Shown: one piece after another, positions 34,160 to 46,620 of the stretch
How positions within the stretch are numbered: the first letter of the stretch is position 1
How the letters are laid out: each line of letters opens with the position of its first letter
Assembly (NCBI RefSeq): GCF_018350175.1
Contig: NC_058382.1
Coordinates: 57,600,001 to 57,664,000 of the forward strand
Source: Felis catus
Taxonomy: Eukaryota
DNA length: 64,000 nucleotides
Direction: 5' to 3'
Translations under genes and position numbers: made by a program
Notes under the pieces: generated by a model
Told to the model about the DNA's origin: nothing
The model's database searches: none
What the model saw: the letters and a program-made list of their open reading frames with translations, nothing else

Positions 34160-36390
34160 GTTTGGCCCTGCTCGCGCGTAGCTCCGGTCCCTGCTTGTTC
34201 AGTGCTCGCCCTGCACTTGAATTGCTGCCATTTGGTGGGTGTTCGGTAGATCTGGGCTTGTTGTGGAGTCAGTTGCTTGAATGAAATTTAAAAATACGAC
34301 GATCGTCCTCGTAACCAGAGGCAGGGCGTGCATCACTTACTGGGCACCGAGCACCCTTGTAAGTTTTTTCCGTACCTTAGCCGACCTCGCCCCCTGCGGT
34401 CCTCTCGTTGTTACATTTGAGAAAAGGGCGATCCTTTTCCAAGGCCACATAGCTCGTAAATGCAGCGCCTGGCATCACGGCCAGCTCCTTGACCGCTGCA
34501 CGGCCTTTCACGTGGAGCGTGGTCCTGGGGCCAGGAACCGTGGCGGCATTCGGGAGAGCTGCGTCTCCGTCACACTCACACGGCTCCTTGACTCTTAGCT
34601 GCATCTTTTGTCACACACTTTGCTACTAAAGGCGTGGGACCAGGGGCCAAGGGGGTCTCGCGTAGGGCGCCGACAGCTGTCGAGAGTGAATTGCATACCC
34701 TTTCTGCAAAGTTAACTGGAGCCTTTCTTTCCTCCCTGACAGTCTGTGATGAGTCCATACGAGCAATTGAAATGATACTTATGGGAATTATTTAGAGAGA
34801 AAAACCATCCCCCCCAAAATTCCATTAAAGCTAAGTAAAGTGTGTTGAAGCGCCATTGTTTTGCGGAGGGTGAGTGGCCGGGGTGGCGTAGGCGCGAACT
34901 GTGCCTCTCCGCGTTCAGTTGGAGATTGACGTTTCCGGGGTGGCGGGAATGTACAGAATGTTGGGAATGCAGAAGCAGATTACGCTGCACCCTCTGCCCG
35001 CAGACAGCTCACCGTCCAGTAGGGGAATTAGATGTTTAACCTAAGGAAACAGCAAAGAAGTCCTAAGATAGATGCAAATGCAGATGCTTGAGAAGCCGAG
35101 GCGGACCACCCGGTTCAGGTGGCGGTTCAGGTGGCGGCCCAGGAAAAGCAGTGAAGTTCAGGGGGCGTCCCGTGGCCAAGCCCCACTGACATCCGGCTCC
35201 GAGGTTATGTTCGTGGACGGAAGTGTCTTTTGAAGTTAGGTGCATCCTGGCTGTGTTGGGTCCCCTCAGGCTTGGTGGTCCGACGGAAGGGCTGTGAGTC
35301 ACAGCCGTTATCGAAGGACTCAGAAGCCGTTATCCTCACAATCGGGTTAGGACAGCACGAGGACACAAGGCAAGACGAGACGTCCGGTGTGCGGGAAACC
35401 TGGAGACTCGCGTCCTGGTGCGTCACAGAGAGCGCGCTTCGTTCCTCGGCGTCAGAGTGCGACAGCACGTGGAAAGATGCCGTCTGCTAGGGAAGCACAT
35501 TGGAGACTCCGTGCCCGGGGTCCCCAGGCGTCCTCTGCCCGGCGCAGACCAGAATTCCACACCTGCACAAGGAAAGCGGGTGTTCAGCGTAAACCATGTT
35601 GTACGATTCAGGCACATTCCCTTGTCGGTTCTTGGAGCGGGGGACCCTCCCCAAATCCCACTTCCCAGATGCCAACCAGGGAGCGACCCGACCCGGCAAG
35701 CGGCCCTTCCCGAGAACGTCAGGCCTGCCGCGTTGACCCTTGTGCCTCTGAGCCGTGCTGGTTTCCGCCCTTTGCCGCACACACAGAGCGTGCTCCACGC
35801 CCAACGGCTGCCGTCCGTTTGGAGTCCTGTTTGGAGCGGGTACGCCAGAGGCTGAAAGAAGGGTTCGGAAATCCTCGGTCCCTGCGGTCTTTCTCCAAAG
35901 AAGGAAATACGAACTCATCCTGAGATCATAAAACAGATATCTGGCTGTCGCGTGACTCGTCTGGAGATGAATTTGCTGATGTGCGTGCGTAAAAAAACCC
36001 GTCAGCGGAGCCTTTGAATCAGGAGAGATTTTCACGTGTGATTTGGGTCCTATCCCCTGTAGTTGCCCATCGTTGCGAACGGGAGGACCACCCGGGCTCC
36101 CCTTCACAGCCACAGTGTGACCTTTGGCCCTGGGGTTGTGAGACGAGGGGGCCCTCGTGTCTAGTGCTTGTTCGTCCCTTTCGTGTCCACAGAAGAGCAA
36201 CTTTTCAATAAGTGTTTTGTTCTGAGGGTAACGTGTATTTTTTGTAGAAAATTTCAAAAAGCCGGAAAAAACATAACAGGTGGAAGTTCCTCCTCATCCT
36301 ACACTTAGACATAAAGGTTTACTTTGCACCCCCACCCCCACCCGTGCCCCCTCACTCCACCTGTTTCAGCCTACAAAGAAGTGACGCGAA

Positions 36391-36521
36391 GGGCGCCTGG
36401 GGGGATCCGCCCGTTAAGCGTCCGGCTTCGGCTCAGGTCATGATCTCACGGTTCGTGGGTTCGAGCCCCGCGTCGGGCTCTGTGCCGACAGCTTGGAGCC
36501 TGGGGCCTGCTTCCGATTCTG

Positions 36522-36554
<33 letters not shown>

Positions 36555-36616
36555 GCCCCTCCCCCACTTGCTCTCTGTCTCAAAATAAAAACGTAAAAAG
36601 AAATTAAAAAAAAAAA
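36391..36616 (+). mobile_element. SINEC
   Basis: gggcgcctgg head, ctcaggtcatgatctcacggttcg, CT tract, A tail. Confidence 0.92.
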
Positions 36617-36671
36617 GTCACATGATTTCTGGAAACACTTTACATTAAGTCTTGTTAAAAATTGAAGAGGA

Positions 36672-36897
36672 GGGGCGCCTGGGTGGCGCAGTCGGTTAAG
36701 CGTCTGACTTCAGCCAGGTCACGATCTCGCGGTCCGTGAGTTCGAGCCCCGCGTCAGGCTCTGGGCTGACGGCTCAGAGCCTGGAGCCTGCTTCCGATTC
36801 TGTGTCTCCCTCTCTCTCTGCCCCTCCCCCGTTCATGCTCTGTGTCTTTCTGTCCCAAAAATAAATAAACGTTGAAAAAAAAAAAATTAAAAAAAAA
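36672..36897 (+). mobile_element. Young felid SINEC with perfect TSD
   Basis: Diagnostic gggtggcgcagtcgg...cagccaggtcacgatctcgcggtccg; TSD aaaaattgaagagga; long A tail. Confidence 0.95.
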
Positions 36898-37002
36898 AAA
36901 AATTGAAGAGGAGACCTGGTCTGAATATGCAGGCTCAGTATTCCCTGCAGGCCTTGCGTGGTGATCAGTTAAAATTAACGTGTTCCTATCTGGCCTTTTC
37001 AG

Positions 37003-37102
37003 GGTCGACAAGAAGACGCGGAGGAATATTTAGGCTTCATTCTAAACGGACTTCATGAGGAAATGCTGAACCTGAAGAAACTTCTGTCACCCAATAACCA
37101 AA
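37003..37102 (+). CDS. USP10: USP10 exon 9 ([33 protein letters not shown]); USP QEDAxE motif
   Basis: ccttttcag| acceptor; AA|gtaggt donor; 100 nt, phase 0-1. Confidence 0.97.
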
Positions 37103-37876
37103 GTAGGTCGTGGTCTGTTGGCCCCAAAATTGCGCGAGAACATTTCCCCAAGCATTAATTCTGAACAGATGTCGCGTGTTCGTACACGGAGCCGCTTCCT
37201 CCCCAGATCGTTGGCCCTTTGAGTCACTTTCTCACCAGGGCGACTCTGGTTATCTCTACACTGCTTATTTTTTATGCCACCGAGAATGCTCCCTCTGGGT
37301 AAATCAGAGTACATCCAGCACCTCTGCTTTTGTTCGTTCAGCTTTTAATGAGGAAAACGATCAAACATACGGAAAAGCTGGGAGAATGGTTTGGTGAATA
37401 CCTGTGCAGCCGCTGGATTCTGTACCCGTTAACGTCCTGCCGTGCTTTCTCTCTCTGTGTCCCCACGCACGGTGTGTGCACGCGTTTCCTGAGTGACACA
37501 AATTAAGTGGGAAGTAACAGTTTAGTTCGCCCCTAAAATGGCCAAAGCATGCATGTCCGGAGACTGAGAGTGCTCTCCTGTGTGACCAAAGCCCCTTAGC
37601 ACGTGAGGAAGACGGGCCGCGCTCCCACCGTGCTGCCTGGCTTCCGGTCCGTCTTCACGGCTCTCCGGCTGTCCCAGGAGCGCCGTCCTTGGTGGTTGAT
37701 GCCAGCAGCGTTCAGGTGGGCGTCCATCCCTGTCGCCTTTGTTCTTTGTGCAGAGCGCGCCTTGGTTTCGCCTTTAAGGCTCACTCCGTGCAGGCGGTTT
37801 ATGGAGAACCTTTTTTTAAGGAAGCTGTTTCGCTGTCGTTGCTGCGAGTGGCCTAAGCGGACTGTCTCCTTTTCAG

Positions 37877-38054
37877 AACTCACTGTTTCCAACGGACCCA
37901 GGAGCCCGTCGGTGCACGAAGACGAGCAGGACGAGCCGGGCGAAGGCAGTGAGGACGAGTGGGAGCAAGTGGGCCCCAGGAGCAAGACTTCAGTCACGCG
38001 CCAGGCGGAGTTTGTTCAGACCCCGATCACTGGCATTTTTGGCGGACACATCAG
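37877..38054 (+). CDS. USP10: USP10 exon 10 ([60 protein letters not shown])
   Basis: ctccttttcag| acceptor; CAG|gtttat donor; 178 nt, phase 1-2. Confidence 0.97.
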
Positions 38055-40461
38055 GTTTATGCTCTTCTGGAATATACTGTAGTGTTGGCCTCTCTCAGGG
38101 TTTTGCCATCTGGCCGAAGGGGGAGGGTGTAAGACGTGTCTGAGGAATTCTGGGCTCGACGCTTTGCCTCGACGCCCCGTGCCTGCTCTGTCCCCCGCCG
38201 TCCCTGCGCCTCTCCTGCCTGGTGCTTCACCAAGGCCCTTCGGCCCCGGGCACTGCCGCCGTCCCCCAGGCCCTGCTGCCCTCCTGACTCCTCCCTCCGT
38301 CGGCGCTCCAGCCGCTCACAGCTAGGTAGAAAGAGAAAGACTTGTTAAGTTGGCAGGCAGGTTCTGTTAAGAGAAGAAATTCTGTGTCTGGCTGGAGGAA
38401 TTTTAGGCTCTGGAACCGAGTGAGCTAGAAAGGTGAGGGAGTGTGGAGGGAGATACTTTCACAGAAAGGGGGACGCGGGGCCTCCTGGAGGGCTGGGTTC
38501 CCTCCTCTGGCCCAGTTCCCATGAACCAGATGCTCGTTGCTCTTTAATGACCTCCTTCTAGAAGAGTTCTGTCTGAGTGCATTAGAGACAGACATTCGTT
38601 GCCGCTTCGATGTGGAACTCAGGAGCGCTGGGGCCGGCTCCAGGGAGGCCCAAGCGTCCAGAGTCCCGAACGGCTCCCGGAGCAGGGTTTCCTCGCGGAC
38701 GGCCTGGCGTTGGAACCTACGAGGGGGGTTTCGTAGTGAGACGCAGCCTTTGCTTGTCCCGAATGCCGTGTATCCAGAAGTGACACCCTTTCCGAGGCAG
38801 AGGCAGGCAGAGTCAGTTCGGGCTCGCCCTGCCCTACAGCTTAGGCCGAGTCCCTTTCAGCGAGGCTGATACAACCCCCGCGCGTCCAATGGCTCCTTCA
38901 CGGCCCCGGGCGGCGCTGCTGTGCCGCGCCGGATCCAGAAGCCAGTCGTGCCGCCTTGTCCCCTTGAACGAGTCCTTTCTGGGCTCCCCACTGTGCGCTA
39001 GAGCCGCCGGGCCCCCTTCCGTTGTGACGTCTCCACGTCAGCCTTGTGGTCAGGTGTGCCCTGGGGACTGCCGCCCCTGTGACTTGGTGTTGCGGATACG
39101 ATTCCTTGGGCTGGGCTGTTTCGGGAAGGGAAGCCGGGATCCAGGTCAGGCACGGCACTGAGAGAAGGCCGTCTCGTGCCTTTGGCTCTGCGTGAGACCG
39201 GCCGCCTGATGTCCGTGCTCTTGGGCCAGCCCAGTGGGCGTGACAGCACCGTGTGTGCGCGCATAGGTGGAACGTGCAAGGCTCCTGAGGCCGGCGTACC
39301 CCAAGATCTCACGTTTGTTTGAGAATAACCAGCATCCGATTTGGAGGAAGTTCTAGCTCGGCATGCACGGCCCTGCCGTGCAGGACCTCTGGCCCTGGCG
39401 GGCTTTTTAAATGTTGAAACGGCTTGTTGATACTTTGGAGAACTAACAAAGCAAAGGTTGGAATGATTTCTTAAAATTTAGGAACTTCCGTGTGTGTGGT
39501 AGCCATCATGAAGTGTGGTTTTGTTTGCAAATCCACCTTCCTCGGGTGGGTTTTCACTCCCCCTGGAGAAACCGTCACCTTTCTTCACCCTTTTCCCCCC
39601 GCCCGTTCGGAGCCTTGAATAAAATCGAGGCCGTTGGAGTCCGGAGGACCGCTTCTTGATTCCGCCACCAGTTTTCATGACCGCCCTCCCCCGTTGGTCT
39701 TGGAACCAGGGGAACGGCCGTGGCTCTCGAGTCTGGGCCCTCGGAGGGAGCACAAAGATGCTTCCTGGTCCATGTGGCAGGGGAGCGCGTGTGGACGTGA
39801 AGCCCGAGGCAGAGGAGCGTTTAGTTCGCTCTTGGGGGCACCTGCTCTGCAAGGTCTGGACCCCCAGGCACCCATCTGATTCCTTTCGTAAACTGGGTCA
39901 CTCAGGCTGCAGAAGCAGAGTTCCCGTTGCGCCTGGAACGTTTCCCTGCCGGGGCTAAATGGGAGGTGGGCTGAGCACACAAGTTTTACTCAGAGAAACT
40001 CCGAGAAAAATGAAATGAAAAACCAGCTAAGAAAACAAGGTTGAACTGGCACCTTCTTCTTGAGGGTGGTCGGTAGCCTTGTTTCCTGGAATGTTAGCTC
40101 AGTTTTTGTTAGACACACCCTGCTTCTCTTTTGTAAGTCATTTTTATAGGGGAAAAATGCCATTAAAAATATCGTTTACCTTGGGGTTTCTTCTATTTTA
40201 TTAGAATGGCTCTGATACTCTACGAAGATGAGAAGTGTCAGCGTTTTGAGGCCATGGCAGGATAAGGGCAGTTACTAACTGGCGCATTAAATAAAGTGTG
40301 GAGTGGAAGGGAAGGAATTTGGAAGATGAAGTAGGTTTTCTTCCAGTGTGCTTGCGCTGGGAACGCGATCTGCTGAACTGGTGGGCTTTTGCTTAGAAAT
40401 ACTCAGGAGGTGGTATTCAGCCTGATTATTATTTTTCTTCTCCCGCCAATAGTTGGTGTCG

Positions 40462-40600
40462 TTATTTTATTTTTATTTTATTTTATTTTATTTTATTTTA
40501 TTTTATTTTATTTTATTTTATTTTATTTTATTTTATTTTATTTTATTTATTTCATTTATTTCATTTCATTTCATTTCATTTCATTTTATTTTATTTTATT
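40462..40600. repeat. (TTTTA)n/(TTTCA)n pentanucleotide repeat, about 190 nt upstream of exon 11
   Basis: Direct reading. Confidence 0.95.
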
Positions 40601-40787
40601 ATTTTTCCCGCCTGATTATTTTTAAATTTGGTACATTGGTGGCTCTTTTCCCTCTCTGGCCTTCTGAGAGTGGTCCTGAGAAATCTCGTTCCCCGCGTTA
40701 ATCCCTCTTCTGCTGCTGGGTGATCTTGAGGGAAGGCGGGAAGGAGCGTCGTCTCACAGTTGTCTGGTCGTGTCTTCCACCCCGCAG

Positions 40788-40953
40788 GTCTGTGGTCTAC
40801 CAGCAGAGTTCCAGAGAATCCGCCACTTTGCAGCCCTTCTTCACGCTGCAGCTGGACATCCAGTCTGACAAGATACGTACGGTCCAGGACGCTTTGGAGA
40901 GCCTGGTGGCGAGAGAATCTGTCCAGGGTTATACCACAAAGACCAAACAAGAG
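40788..40953 (+). CDS. USP10: USP10 exon 11 ([55 protein letters not shown])
   Basis: ccccgcag| acceptor; GAG|gtacag donor; 166 nt, phase 2-0. Confidence 0.97.
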
Positions 40954-41104
40954 GTACAGCCACAGTTGGTCTTGAACGCGTGTGCCGAGGCGCCCCGGTC
41001 TGGTGGAAAGAGCGCGGCGCAAGCGGGTCCGCGCTCTGCCTCTCAGGCCCCTTGCTTCGCTGTTCGCACTGAAAGTTTCCACGTGTTTAGAATGGGACGG
41101 CTGA

Positions 41105-41318
41105 GGGGCGCCTGGGTGGCGCAGTCGGTTAAGCGTCCGACTTCAGCCAGGTCACGATCTCGCGGTCCGGGAGTTCGAGCCCCGCGTCAGGCTCTGTGCT
41201 GACGGCTCAGAGCCTGGAGCCTGCTTTGGATTCCGTGTCTCCCTCTCTCTCTGCCCCTCCCCCGTTCATGCTGTGTCTCTCTCTGTCCCAAAAGTAAATG
41301 TTGAAAAAAAAAAAAAAT
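41105..41318 (+). mobile_element. Young felid SINEC with perfect 19-bp TSD
   Basis: tttagaatgggacggctga at 41086-41104 and 41319-41337; same diagnostic head as the 36672 copy. Confidence 0.96.
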
Positions 41319-43700
41319 TTTAGAATGGGACGGCTGAAACGGCTGGTCCTGGCACCACTTCACGTGGCCCAGGGTGACGGTCGTCGGGAGCGTCTGTCCT
41401 GAGCTGTGTAACTTTGCTAGTGCGATCGCGGTACGATAAAGTCAGCACCACGTCGAACAGAGGCCGAGCAGCTTCTGATGTCACAAAGCATAATTTCATG
41501 AGCTTAGGCAGGCCAGAAGAGAGGTTCCAAACACGTCTATTTAGCTTTTGGTTGTAGGTCTTCCAGGAGATCAAAAACAATTAGAAAGTAGCTGTTTTCC
41601 TTCGTGTTAGTCTTTAATCGGATGTGGACAGGAGGAAAGTCTCTGAGTCTTCAGTGTTCGGGAGTCAGAGAGGCAGATGGCTTCGTGCGGGGTACCTGTC
41701 AGCCGACTCAGGAGAGAGCTGGAGTGTTTGCTCCCGGAGCGCTTCCTGGTGCCTGCGGTCCAGATGTGCCAGTGGCCGCTGTTTCCACTCCGGGGTTGAG
41801 GAGGGTGTCGTCTCCGCTGCCGAGACCGTGCTGGTGATCTCGGGGTTGGTGAGTTCAGAGAAACGTGACAGATGGACGCAGGCTGGTTACGGGCGGCACC
41901 TGTCTGGACAGCTCGTAGTATCCCTGGGGAGCGTGACTCAACGAGGCTGTGGTGGCTGAAGGCGCACGGGGAGCAGAGCAGAGGAGCACCTGGGCGCCTG
42001 CGGTTCCCCTGGGGCCTCCCGCCTGGACCGGTCAAGCCTCCTCTTGGGAGATGGGCACGTAGTTTGGCCTGATCCTCCACCGTGTTTTCTGACTTGCTTC
42101 CCACGGGCGATTTTGTTTAAAAAAGAAAAGCGGTAGGAGCGAGAGACAGAATCTCGGCGCTTGGCTCGAGTGAATCAGCCGAGTCTGGCGGTGGAACTTA
42201 ATGAGAGAGAAAGTGGGTATTTGTTTTCAGGAGGTCGGTTGGTGTGGCTGAGCCGTGTACTTGGCTCGTTGTGTGGCAGCCGCGGCTCCAGAGGTGGAGT
42301 CGCCGTCCTGCCCACCCCACCCTCACCCCCCAGCGCCTCTCTTGCTGGCTCTCCCGAGGCCACCTGCAGGGGTTGGTGGCCACTCATCCTGCAGACCTCA
42401 CCCCCGCCCCCTCACGCGTCTTTTCCTCTCTTGTTCCTGCTGCGGTGACGCGTGCACGTCGGGAGGGTGCAGATGAGATCGAGGTAGAGGGTGTGAGGAG
42501 AAAGAAGGTGGTTTATTCCAGATGGCTGGGGGGAGCGGGGAGAAGGACGCAGGAAAAAAGGGGCCCTTTGGCAGAGCCTCGAAGAGGAAGAAGCAACACG
42601 CCGCGTGTCCCGGCTCGGTGATGGCGGTGGCATGTTACCGAGAAGAGCGAAAACTCTCCGAAAAGCAGACGTTTCAGAAAGGGAGATCTTGGACGGTTCG
42701 TATGGGGCGGGGATATCCGGAAAGAGCAAGTATCACATTTTCTGGAATGTGTTTTCTTTGAACGGACTTTTTAAAATACCGAGTTTGACGTTACTGTGTT
42801 TTAAGGTCAGGAGATTCATTTTGCTGTGGGACCACTTGACGAAGGCCCATGGGAAAATAGGACTCTAGAAAATACTTGCTGTGCGGAACGGGTCTGGTTT
42901 TGTTGCGTGAAGAAGAGTGTGTCAAGTTTGTGTGGAAACCCAAAACACACGGAAGAATTTCCGGTTAGCCACTTAGTGAACTGCCCGAAAGTCTGAGGTC
43001 AGAGTCCTAGGTCCCTGGCTTGGAGAGCGTCCCAGAGATGCATTCGCCCAGCCCTCGATTCACGCGCGGGGACGCTGGAGTCCTCTTGCCACAATCTCGG
43101 TCTCTTGCCGTTGGGCCGTAGCCACGCTTTCCGATCGCTTGCACATCCTCGTCGGGTACGGAGACACCGGGCTCCAGACCCGTGATGAGCATCCAGAGGC
43201 AGGTCGGGTGGTTCCCCGCCTGGGATCTGAGCCTGAGTGGGAAGCCGGGCGCCCATTAGGACACCTCTACCCAGATGCACATACGGTCTTCTGAACGTTG
43301 CCATACGGTTCACTTCCGCCGTTCTCTTTCTGACGGTCACCCGAACGGGCATTTCTACCAAAAGGATTCTTCATGTAAATACAGGGAGCATCCAAGAGTT
43401 TATAATTATAAAGAACAGCAAATAAAGGTAATAGGCATTGTTGGCAAGGATGCATTTTTAATGAAGCGCAGCATTCATTGGACCTGTGGAAGCAGATGAG
43501 AGACATGTAAATTGATAAACCTGCGAAGCTAATGGTTACAAGAGATAGCTTTTGGGTTACGTAGAACACCTAATTCGAGAAACACTTTGGCTTCGGTTTG
43601 AGTTACTAAAAAGCATGCTAATACGTACATAATGCGAGGTGCCACTGCCGAGTTAGCTGTTAATTTTTGTGCCAGTTTGCCATTAATGTCACAGAACAGG

Positions 43701-43864
43701 TTTTTGTTTTTTTTGAGAGCGAGAGGATGAGCGAGCGAGGGGCAGAGAGAATCTCATGAGGGACAGAGGTGGAGAGAGAGAGAAGCGGGGCTCGCCCGAT
43801 GCGGGCTCGATCTCACAAACCGTGAGAGCGTGACCCGACCGGAAGTCTGATGCTTAACCGACCC
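43701..43864 (-). mobile_element. Diverged SINEC variant, 5'-truncated
   Basis: T tail, AG-rich tract, gcgggctcgatctcacaaaccgtgagagcgtgacc...gaagtctgatgcttaaccgac. Confidence 0.75.
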
Positions 43865-44160
43865 CAGAGCAGGGCTTCCTGCCGCGGAGTTCACGCTTGG
43901 GCCCGCGGAGCCGCGGCGTCCCGTGCCGCCGTGTCTGCAGGCACGTGTGCGCTTTCCCGCGGGGAGTGTGGGTGCGGGTGGCTCTCGCGAGACCTCTTGG
44001 CGGGATGTTAGATCCTCAGACGCTCCCCTGACCCGGCCGAGCGGGGAACGGGGCCGCGGAGCCGCAGGCCGTCGGCTCCCGGAGGGGGTTCTTGGGGGAC
44101 GGACGTGGCATCTGCCGCGTGGAGTGAGGGACGCGCGTCCTGCTCTGCTCTGTGCCCTAG

Positions 44161-44305
44161 GTGGAGATAAGTCGAAGAGTGACTCTGGAGAAGCTCCCTC
44201 CCGTGCTCGTGCTGCACCTGAAGCGGTTTGTCTACGAGAAGACCGGCGGGTGTCAGAAGCTCGTCAAGAGCGTCGAGTACCCTGTGGACCTGGAGATCAG
44301 CAAAG
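44161..44305 (+). CDS. USP10: USP10 exon 12 ([48 protein letters not shown]); USP LPxxLxxHLKRF box
   Basis: tgtgccctag| acceptor; AAG|gtagcg donor; 145 nt, phase 0-1. Confidence 0.97.
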
Positions 44306-45423
44306 GTAGCGGCCGCGGACGGAGACCGCGTGCGTGGTGCCGGCTCCCCCGGGAGGCCGGGCGCTTGGCGCCCAGCGTTTGCGAGATGCCGGAGTCAGGA
44401 GGTTCTCTCTCTTGACGGTTTGGTTTTAGATTTCTCGATTTGTAACGGATTTTGATGCTCAAATTGGCACCAGGGTAGCTCTTGAAAGATAAAGGCAAAA
44501 AGTGTACAAACCGTATGATCTTACTAGATTATAAAACCGGAGGAGATTTTGTCCATTAAGATGAGCATCGTCTTTCTGGAAATATCTTGTGGATCAGTGG
44601 TCCAAAACGGTTTTCTTCATAAACGTTGAGAATCGCACGTACCGGCCGTTAAATGGACTTTTTTAGTGAAGCGAAGGGACGTTTCCCATAGGCCCCTGGG
44701 CGTTCCTCCGACCTCCGGGTGCAATGACCCGTGTCAGGTTTGTGGCACCCTGTCCGCCCCGAGTCTCCGTCAGGTAACCGGGCCCCCTCAGCTTCGACGC
44801 GTTTTGATGAAAGCGAGCTCGTGTTGTCTTGCTTGTTACGCGTGTCTTCGTGTCAGCTGCCACCTGAAGTGCTTTCCAGAAAGAGAAACGAGATAAGCGA
44901 GGACCAGAGGCCCTGGCTTGGGTCAAGGGTGGGGGCAGGGGAGAAGCCGGTGGCGAGCGGCTCCCGGAAGGGTCCATCTGCGGGGAGCCGTTCCCGCAGG
45001 GGACAGTGCCTCTTTGGAGGGACCGTCTTACCCTTACATAATGGGACTTTTGCGGCCTCCCTCGCCTGTAAAACGTTTGAACTCTTCGTTTCCCCGGGCC
45101 ATTTTGTTTCTAAGTGGGCGGCTTGCTTTTCCGTTTTTTAGCATGTCTGCTTTTAAGGGGTTTCTGGCATGAGCTTAACAGGCTCAGTGTATTTCCCCTG
45201 TTTCTTAACGGACTGGCTGCCGGGTCCGGGCGCTCCCGCGTCGCACAGCCGGTTTCCCTCCTGGGCAGCGCTTGGGCCCAGGAGGCCTGGAGTTTGTTCT
45301 GTTTTCCTGGTCGGCCAGGGGGCGCATGTGAGCGGGGCTGTCGGCACCTCTTCGTCTCTGTCACCCTGAGCCTCTCTGTAAGTGCTTTTTACAGATTGCA
45401 GCTGTCGATGTTTTGTTTTTCAG

Positions 45424-45489
45424 AACTGCTTTCTCCAGGGGTTAAAAATAAGAATTTTAAATGCCACAGAACCTATAGGCTATTTGCAG
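45424..45489 (+). CDS. USP10: USP10 exon 13 ([22 protein letters not shown])
   Basis: ttttgtttttcag| acceptor; CAG|gtaagt donor; 66 nt, phase 1-1. Confidence 0.97.
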
Positions 45490-46439
45490 GTAAGTAAATC
45501 TGTACGTTATTTACTTATTAAAGCACTGATAAAGACGTTTAATACCCAGGCCCAATTTTGCCGCAGTAGCACTTCGCATAGAGAAGAGTGTCTCTGCTGG
45601 TAACCCCTGGACTCTATAAGGGGACTCTGTTTCTTTTGAAAATGTGCGTTTGACCTGACGTTGGTGCTTGGATTTGACAGAATATCCTTTTGGCTCTAAG
45701 CTGAATCCGTCTTAAGACCCTGTCTTGCAGAGTGGTGGCTGCGGGCACCCGAGAAATGGCGACGCTCATAGCTCAGGCCTTACAAACGATTGACTGTGGG
45801 CGGGATGGTGAGAAGTGAAAGGGAGCAGAGGGGCAGAGAAATGCGACCCGAGGACTGGGCCCTCCTGGGGATGCTGAGGCTGGCGGCGAGCCCTGGGACA
45901 AAGCTGCCTCCAGCAGCCTGCACACATTCGGTGTCTCTGACCACCCCCAAGAGGAGGTGTTTTGCTAAAGTATGTGGCTTTCTGGTTAAACCCACGTCTT
46001 TCACCGGGATTCGGTGTTTAGCTGGTGTCGCTCACGGCCATCAGTTCTGTCCGTGAGTCAGAGGATCGGGTCGGAGGCCGCCTGCCGGGCTAGCGGTTTG
46101 CAGACGGGACCTTTCCTGCTGCGGTTGTGGCCCCTGCGCGGGGACGGTGGCGCCCGGGGGGCCGGGTCCCCGAGACCCCTGTTCTCTCGGCCCAGAGCTT
46201 CCTGCGGCCCCAGTTTGTCTAATACTGCCTGTCCGTCCTTCCGCTCCTCCTTCCTCTTTTGTAGCCAGAGTCTTCTGGGCCTTTGAGGCTCTGTGCTTGC
46301 GCTGGTTGCTGTTTGCATCAGCTGCGTGTGCTTTCTGGCCGTTTTTACCAGAATTTCCTAGCTTCTTCGTTACCCTTCCTTTTGTGTTGGCCTTGCTCAG
46401 TCTGCGTGTAATTTAAACTAAGTTCCCATTTACTGACAC

Positions 46440-46620
46440 GTGTTTAGTGAACATTTCTACTCGGTGCCTTTTTCGTGGTATCTCATTTATTTCTCACGGC
46501 TGTCCTGCGAGGCAGGTGGTGGTGTCCCCATTTTGTAAAACAAGAAACCCAAATTCTTGTTTGGGACACACGCCCCGCTCTGGCCCGCAGTTGTGTGGCC
46601 GGTCTTCACCCTCCTACCCT
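46440..46620 (-). mobile_element. MIR fragment
   Basis: atctcatttatttctcac...cctgcgaggcagg...ccccattttgtaaaacaagaaac resembles the MIR core. Confidence 0.65.

Noticed and set aside
35487..36257. 256-aa minus-strand ORF and overlapping ORFs in intron 8
   Set aside because: No recognisable domain; several frames are open at once, as expected in GC-rich, stop-poor DNA.
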